Origin: Porphyromonas pasteri
GTDB taxonomy: Bacteria; Bacteroidota; Bacteroidia; Bacteroidales; Porphyromonadaceae
Length of the DNA stretch: 64,000 nucleotides
Reading direction: 5' to 3'
Assembly: GCF_014647755.1 (NCBI RefSeq)
Contig: NZ_BMPU01000001.1
Location: 850,382 to 914,381 of the forward strand
Part shown: piece after piece, positions 60,220-64,000 of the stretch
How positions within the stretch are numbered: the first letter of the stretch is position 1
Layout: the number at the start of each line of letters is the position of its first letter
Translations under genes and position numbers: made by a program
Notes under the pieces: generated by a model
Database searches by the model: none
Told to the model about the DNA's origin: nothing
The model's input: only the letters and a program-made list of their open reading frames with translations

Positions 60220-63200
60220 TGAATCATATCGATCCCTTCCTCAAGCAAGTCGCGGCCCACTACTATCAGCAAGGGGCCGAAGAGCTTGCCAAGCTGCGCT
60301 TCATCTTCCCCTCGAAGCGTGCCCTCTCCTTCTTCCGCCATCACCTGAGCCAGCTGGCTACGGCACGCCCCCTCTTCGCCCCACGGATGGAGACGGTGAG
60401 CGAATTCGTGCATAGCCTCCAGCCTCAGGTGCAGATCCTCGACAAGACAGCACTCCTCTTCAAGCTCTACCAGACCTACTGCGAGGTACGTACCGAGCGA
60501 GGCGAGATGACCGAGAGCTTCGATGAGTTCCTCTACTGGGGCAACATTATCCTCAAGGACTTCGAGACCTGCGACCGCTATCTGGTGCGCACCGACCACC
60601 TCTATCGCAATCTGAGAGACATCAAGGAGATCTCCGACGACTTCAGCTACCTCACCGAAGAAGCCCGCGAGATGATCCAGGGCTTCTGGGGTGACTTACC
60701 CAGCCTTCAGAGCATCAGCGAGGACGACGACAAGGGCTACAAGAAGCGCTTCCTCTCCTTCTGGGAGTGCCTCGCCCCGCTATATAAGCGGTTCACCACC
60801 AGCCTACAGGCAGAGGGCTACGTCTATGACGGGCTGCTCTATCGCCGTGCCGCCGAGGCGAAGGAAGAGGTACTTAATCAGCTGGCGGGGGATGAGAAGC
60901 TCATCTTCGTCGGGCTCTTCTATCTCACACCCTCCGAGGAGAAGCTCTTTAAGACCCTCACGAAGGCAGAGCGTGCTGAGTTCTGCTGGGATGCCGCCGT
61001 CGAGGTCGTGCACGACACCAACCACCCTGCGAGCAAGTACTTCCACAAGCTCTGTAAGGAGTTCGGTCAAGTCGATGGCCCGTGGACACAAGGAGGTAGC
61101 GCACAGCATCTCCCTCGCGAGGTACAGGTCATCGAGTGCTCCAGCCTCCTCTCACAAGCCAAGGGACTCCCGACGCTCCTCCAAGAGCTGAACATCGCCG
61201 AGGCGACGGAGAACCTCGAGGCAGCTATTATCCTGCCCGACGAAGGGCTCCTTCTGCCCACCGTCAGCTCGATACCTGACGACATCGGCAGTATCAACAT
61301 CACCCTCGGCTATCCGCTGGATCGCACACCCATCGCCCTCATGCTGAAGCGATGGATCACGCTCATCTCCTTCAACCTCAAGCGCTCGGAGAGCTCGGCA
61401 CGCTACCCCGCTGACCAGCTCCTCGGGCTACTGGGCCAAGGACTGATCACGGCACACGCCCCCGAGGCCACACGCCTCATGGAGCATATCCGCCAGAGCA
61501 AGCGCTTCTTTGTCCCCGCCAAGGATCTTTGGACGGATAAGACGGAAGCTGAGTTCCTGCACCTCCTCCTTGACCCGCTCTCCGAGACGAGCGACCCACT
61601 GCAGCGCATCGAGGCCGTACTGCTCCACCTCATCCAATCGGCCCAGCAGGAGATACGTACCAGTGAGCACCACGAAGAGGAGGGCGAAGAGCAAGACACA
61701 GTGCTCGTATATGAAGGGCTCTCGTCCTTCGACCTTGAGTTCATCCACCACTACCTGCGCCTCATCAACCGCCTGCAGGGGCTCATCCAGCAGCATCAGA
61801 TGGTACTGGGCTTCGAGGCGATGATACATCTTTTAGAGGGCTTAGTGGGGACTGTGACCATTCCCTTCGAAGGCGACCCACTGCAAGGACTGCAGGTCAT
61901 GGGGCTTCTCGAGACACGACTGCTCCACTTCCCCACGATGATCTACCTCTCCGCTCAGGAGGGCGCCCTTCCCACGAAGCGCTACAGCGATACGCTCGTC
62001 CCCTACACGCTCCGCCGAGGCTTCGGCCTTCCTACGGGGCGCGCCGAGGAAGATCCAGGGCAGGACTACACCTTCTTCCAGAGTATCGCACGTGCCGAGC
62101 GTCTGACCTTCGTCGTAGCGCCCGCCAGCGACGGCTACAACCTCGGCGAAGAGAGCCGCTACATCAGCCTACTCCAGTACATCTACGGCTGCGACATCAA
62201 GCGCCGCTCCCTCCGCCTTGAAGCCAAGGCCAAGGAGAGTGCCGATATCTCGAAGCGTAAAGAGGGGGAGCTATGGGAGCAGTTCGTCTACCGTACGACG
62301 ACCGACCCCAAGGTGGATCCCGAGCGTAAGACCATCCGCCCACTCTCTCCAAGTAGCCTCTCGAAGTACGTCGCCTGTCCGCTACGCTTCTACTACGAGG
62401 CGATCTGCCGCTACCGCGAAGAGGATTCTCCCAGCCTCCTGTTGGCTTCGAATGAGTTCGGTACCGTACTGCACCGCGTCATGGAGGAGTTCTACTCGGA
62501 CCTTACTAAGAGCCCAAGCACGGGAGAGCAACTTACCTTCACCACCATCACCAAGGAGATGATCGATAAGGAGCTCAGGGCTAAGGACAACATCAGGCAG
62601 CGTGTAGAGAAGGCCTATCGTGACGAGCTGAAGCTCAAGCCGGGTGCACCGCTCAGCGGACTCTCGCGCATCTATTGCCAGACCATCGAGCGCTACGCAC
62701 GCGAGCTCCTCGAGTGGGACAGTGCGCATGCTGCATCCTTTAGCTACGCTGCGAGCGAGAGCGAGGTCTATGCCGCCTTCACGCTCCCCAGTGGCAAGAC
62801 CGCCTATCTCGGTGGTATCATCGACCGCATCGATCAAGTCGATGGCAAGTATCGCGTCGTAGACTACAAGACAGGGAATGCTGCGCTTACGATCTCCACG
62901 CCCAAGAAGAAGCCCGTAGACTTCCGATGGGAAGAGCGGCTCAAGGATCCCAAGAACAAGGCGATCCTCCAGACGCTCATCTATTGCGCGGGCTTGGCTC
63001 AAACCTATAAGCTCGACGAGTCGCAGATCCACTCTGCTATCTTCCGCTTCAAAGGAAACGATGGCTTGGTGACGAAGCAAAAGAAGTACGATCCCCTCCT
63101 CACCTTCCCTATTGGTGAAAAGCAAAGCAAAGTAGCAGCCCCTTATGCGGAAGTCAAAGAGTCCTTCGAAGCGCTCCTCGTAGATGAGCTCTTAGCCGAA

Positions 63201-63287
63201 CTCTACGATACAGACAAGCCCTTCACGCAGACCGAGGACGATGAGCAGTGCGCCTACTGTCCCTTCGCCCTTAGCTGCGGCCGCTAA
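60219..63287 (+). CDS. PD-(D/E)XK nuclease family protein (AddB-like, ~1000 aa)
   Basis: 1022 aa. C-terminal nuclease-like region (IIDRIDQVDGKYRVVDYKTG) and terminal Cys cluster (CAYCPFALSCGR) as in AddB/RecB-family nuclease domains. No intact Walker A. Confidence 0.6.
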   Translation: MNHIDPFLKQVAAHYYQQGAEELAKLRFIFPSKRALSFFRHHLSQLATARPLFAPRMETVSEFVHSLQPQVQILDKTALLFKLYQTYCEVRTERGEMTESFDEFLYWGNIILKDFETCDRYLVRTDHLYRNLRDIKEISDDFSYLTEEAREMIQGFWGDLPSLQSISEDDDKGYKKRFLSFWECLAPLYKRFTTSLQAEGYVYDGLLYRRAAEAKEEVLNQLAGDEKLIFVGLFYLTPSEEKLFKTLTKAERAEFCWDAAVEVVHDTNHPASKYFHKLCKEFGQVDGPWTQGGSAQHLPREVQVIECSSLLSQAKGLPTLLQELNIAEATENLEAAIILPDEGLLLPTVSSIPDDIGSINITLGYPLDRTPIALMLKRWITLISFNLKRSESSARYPADQLLGLLGQGLITAHAPEATRLMEHIRQSKRFFVPAKDLWTDKTEAEFLHLLLDPLSETSDPLQRIEAVLLHLIQSAQQEIRTSEHHEEEGEEQDTVLVYEGLSSFDLEFIHHYLRLINRLQGLIQQHQMVLGFEAMIHLLEGLVGTVTIPFEGDPLQGLQVMGLLETRLLHFPTMIYLSAQEGALPTKRYSDTLVPYTLRRGFGLPTGRAEEDPGQDYTFFQSIARAERLTFVVAPASDGYNLGEESRYISLLQYIYGCDIKRRSLRLEAKAKESADISKRKEGELWEQFVYRTTTDPKVDPERKTIRPLSPSSLSKYVACPLRFYYEAICRYREEDSPSLLLASNEFGTVLHRVMEEFYSDLTKSPSTGEQLTFTTITKEMIDKELRAKDNIRQRVEKAYRDELKLKPGAPLSGLSRIYCQTIERYARELLEWDSAHAASFSYAASESEVYAAFTLPSGKTAYLGGIIDRIDQVDGKYRVVDYKTGNAALTISTPKKKPVDFRWEERLKDPKNKAILQTLIYCAGLAQTYKLDESQIHSAIFRFKGNDGLVTKQKKYDPLLTFPIGEKQSKVAAPYAEVKESFEALLVDELLAELYDTDKPFTQTEDDEQCAYCPFALSCGR

Positions 63288-63326
63288 GGATCGCTATCAA
63301 TAAGTCGCAGCCCCCCCCCAAAAAAT

Positions 63327-63378
63327 AAATACGCATCCCGCACCCTGTGGAAGTTCCACAGGATGCGGGATGCGTATT
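63327..63378. terminator. bidirectional terminator hairpin between the nuclease gene and the rRNA operon
   Basis: AATACGCATCCCGCACCCTGTGGAAgTTCCACAGGATGCGGGATGCGTATT, a ~25-bp near-perfect stem. Preceded by C8A6 and followed by ATATATAT. Confidence 0.65.
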
Positions 63379-63737
63379 ATATATATGTAGAGGAAAGCCT
63401 ATCCGCCCTTGAAGATAGGGCTCCCATAGGGGGAACCGAGCCTATCCGTATCCGCTCCACGGCTATCCTACGAGCTACAAAAACGAACCTATACAGGGGC
63501 GCCGCTCCGACCAGTATTGGTCACGATACGAAGCAATATAGGTTACTTTCCTCTCCTCGCAGGTATGCGTCTGCAGTGAGCTGGTGGGATATGCTCGTTC
63601 TTCCGCGAGCTAGTGGGTGCGAGTTGGTGGAGTACTGATGCGAGTGCCGTGCGGAGGCTATGCGCTGCCCTCACGGCGGTAGGCATATAAACGGCGATAG
63701 GGTGACGAAGCTTGCACTCCATCACCCTACCTCTTAA

Positions 63738-63846
<109 letters not shown>

Positions 63847-63927
63847 ATATCTCTGTATTTAGACAATCATTGACTTGATAAAAACGCACAATACTCACTC
63901 ACGTATCGCTAAGTCGGTATACAACCT

Positions 63928-64000
63928 CAAGCAAAAACTTTCGGGCAATTAGTACTACTCGGCTATGACGTCACCGCCTTTACACCTGTAGCCTATCAAG
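63928..64000 (-). rRNA. rrl: 23S ribosomal RNA, 3' end (partial; continues beyond window)
   Basis: Reverse complement CUUGAUAGGCUACAGGUGUAAAGGCGGUGACGUCAUAGCCGAGUAGUACUAAUUGCCCG matches the conserved 23S 3'-terminal domain (…GAUAGGCU…GUACUAAU…). The exact 3' end (~63925-63935) is uncertain. Confidence 0.8.

Overview
GC-rich Bacteroidetes (Bacteroidales-like) chromosomal segment. Gene content identified from recognisable protein motifs in the supplied translations; no searches were possible.

Order on the + strand:
- Three tandem GLPGLI-family paralogs, the first truncated at the window start, then an ~870-aa outer-membrane receptor-like beta-barrel.
- Enolase.
- Two tandem rhomboid proteases.
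- A membrane EEP-family phosphoesterase.
- A hypothetical protein.
- DAHP synthase/chorismate mutase and a FolK-like kinase.
- Two tandem paralogous small outer-membrane beta-barrel proteins.
- pyrG, yidC, purF.
- A marR-doxX-ohr operon (- strand).
- An HU-like protein.
- A TolC-HlyD-2x ABC-2 permease efflux operon.
- An ABC ATPase plus FtsX permease.
- merR-manA-dGTPase (- strand).
- A lipoprotein, an NhaC antiporter, a GNAT acetyltransferase and an Fe-ADH.
- A fused cbiG/precorrin methyltransferase.
- A TonB-dependent receptor (- strand).

The remaining genes are on the - strand:
- An operon encoding three divergent paralogous zinc-ribbon/TM/beta-propeller-like proteins, an SPFH-SHOCT protein and a small 2-TM protein.
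- A nitroreductase.
- Quinol-type nitric-oxide reductase.
- lrgAB, a yihY-family gene, rnpB (RNase P RNA), mrp/apbC and trmB.
- A TPR protein and a ~1000-aa PD-(D/E)XK nuclease-family protein (+ strand).
- The 5S rRNA and the 3' end of the 23S rRNA.

No transposase, integrase, CRISPR array or tRNA was found.

Main non-coding findings:
- A ~250-450 bp repeat family in six intergenic copies. Each has a core of 21/22-bp-phased CNACGTACGTAG palindromes. One end carries a variable number (1-5) of 22-bp-phased TGACC-N6-GGTCA-type palindromes.
- A separate array of five 22-bp-phased GTGACCAGTACTGGTCAC palindromes upstream of the tandem OMP genes.
- A 45-bp perfect palindromic hairpin in two copies bracketing the TonB-receptor locus.

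The most system-like candidate is the zinc-ribbon paralog/SPFH operon.
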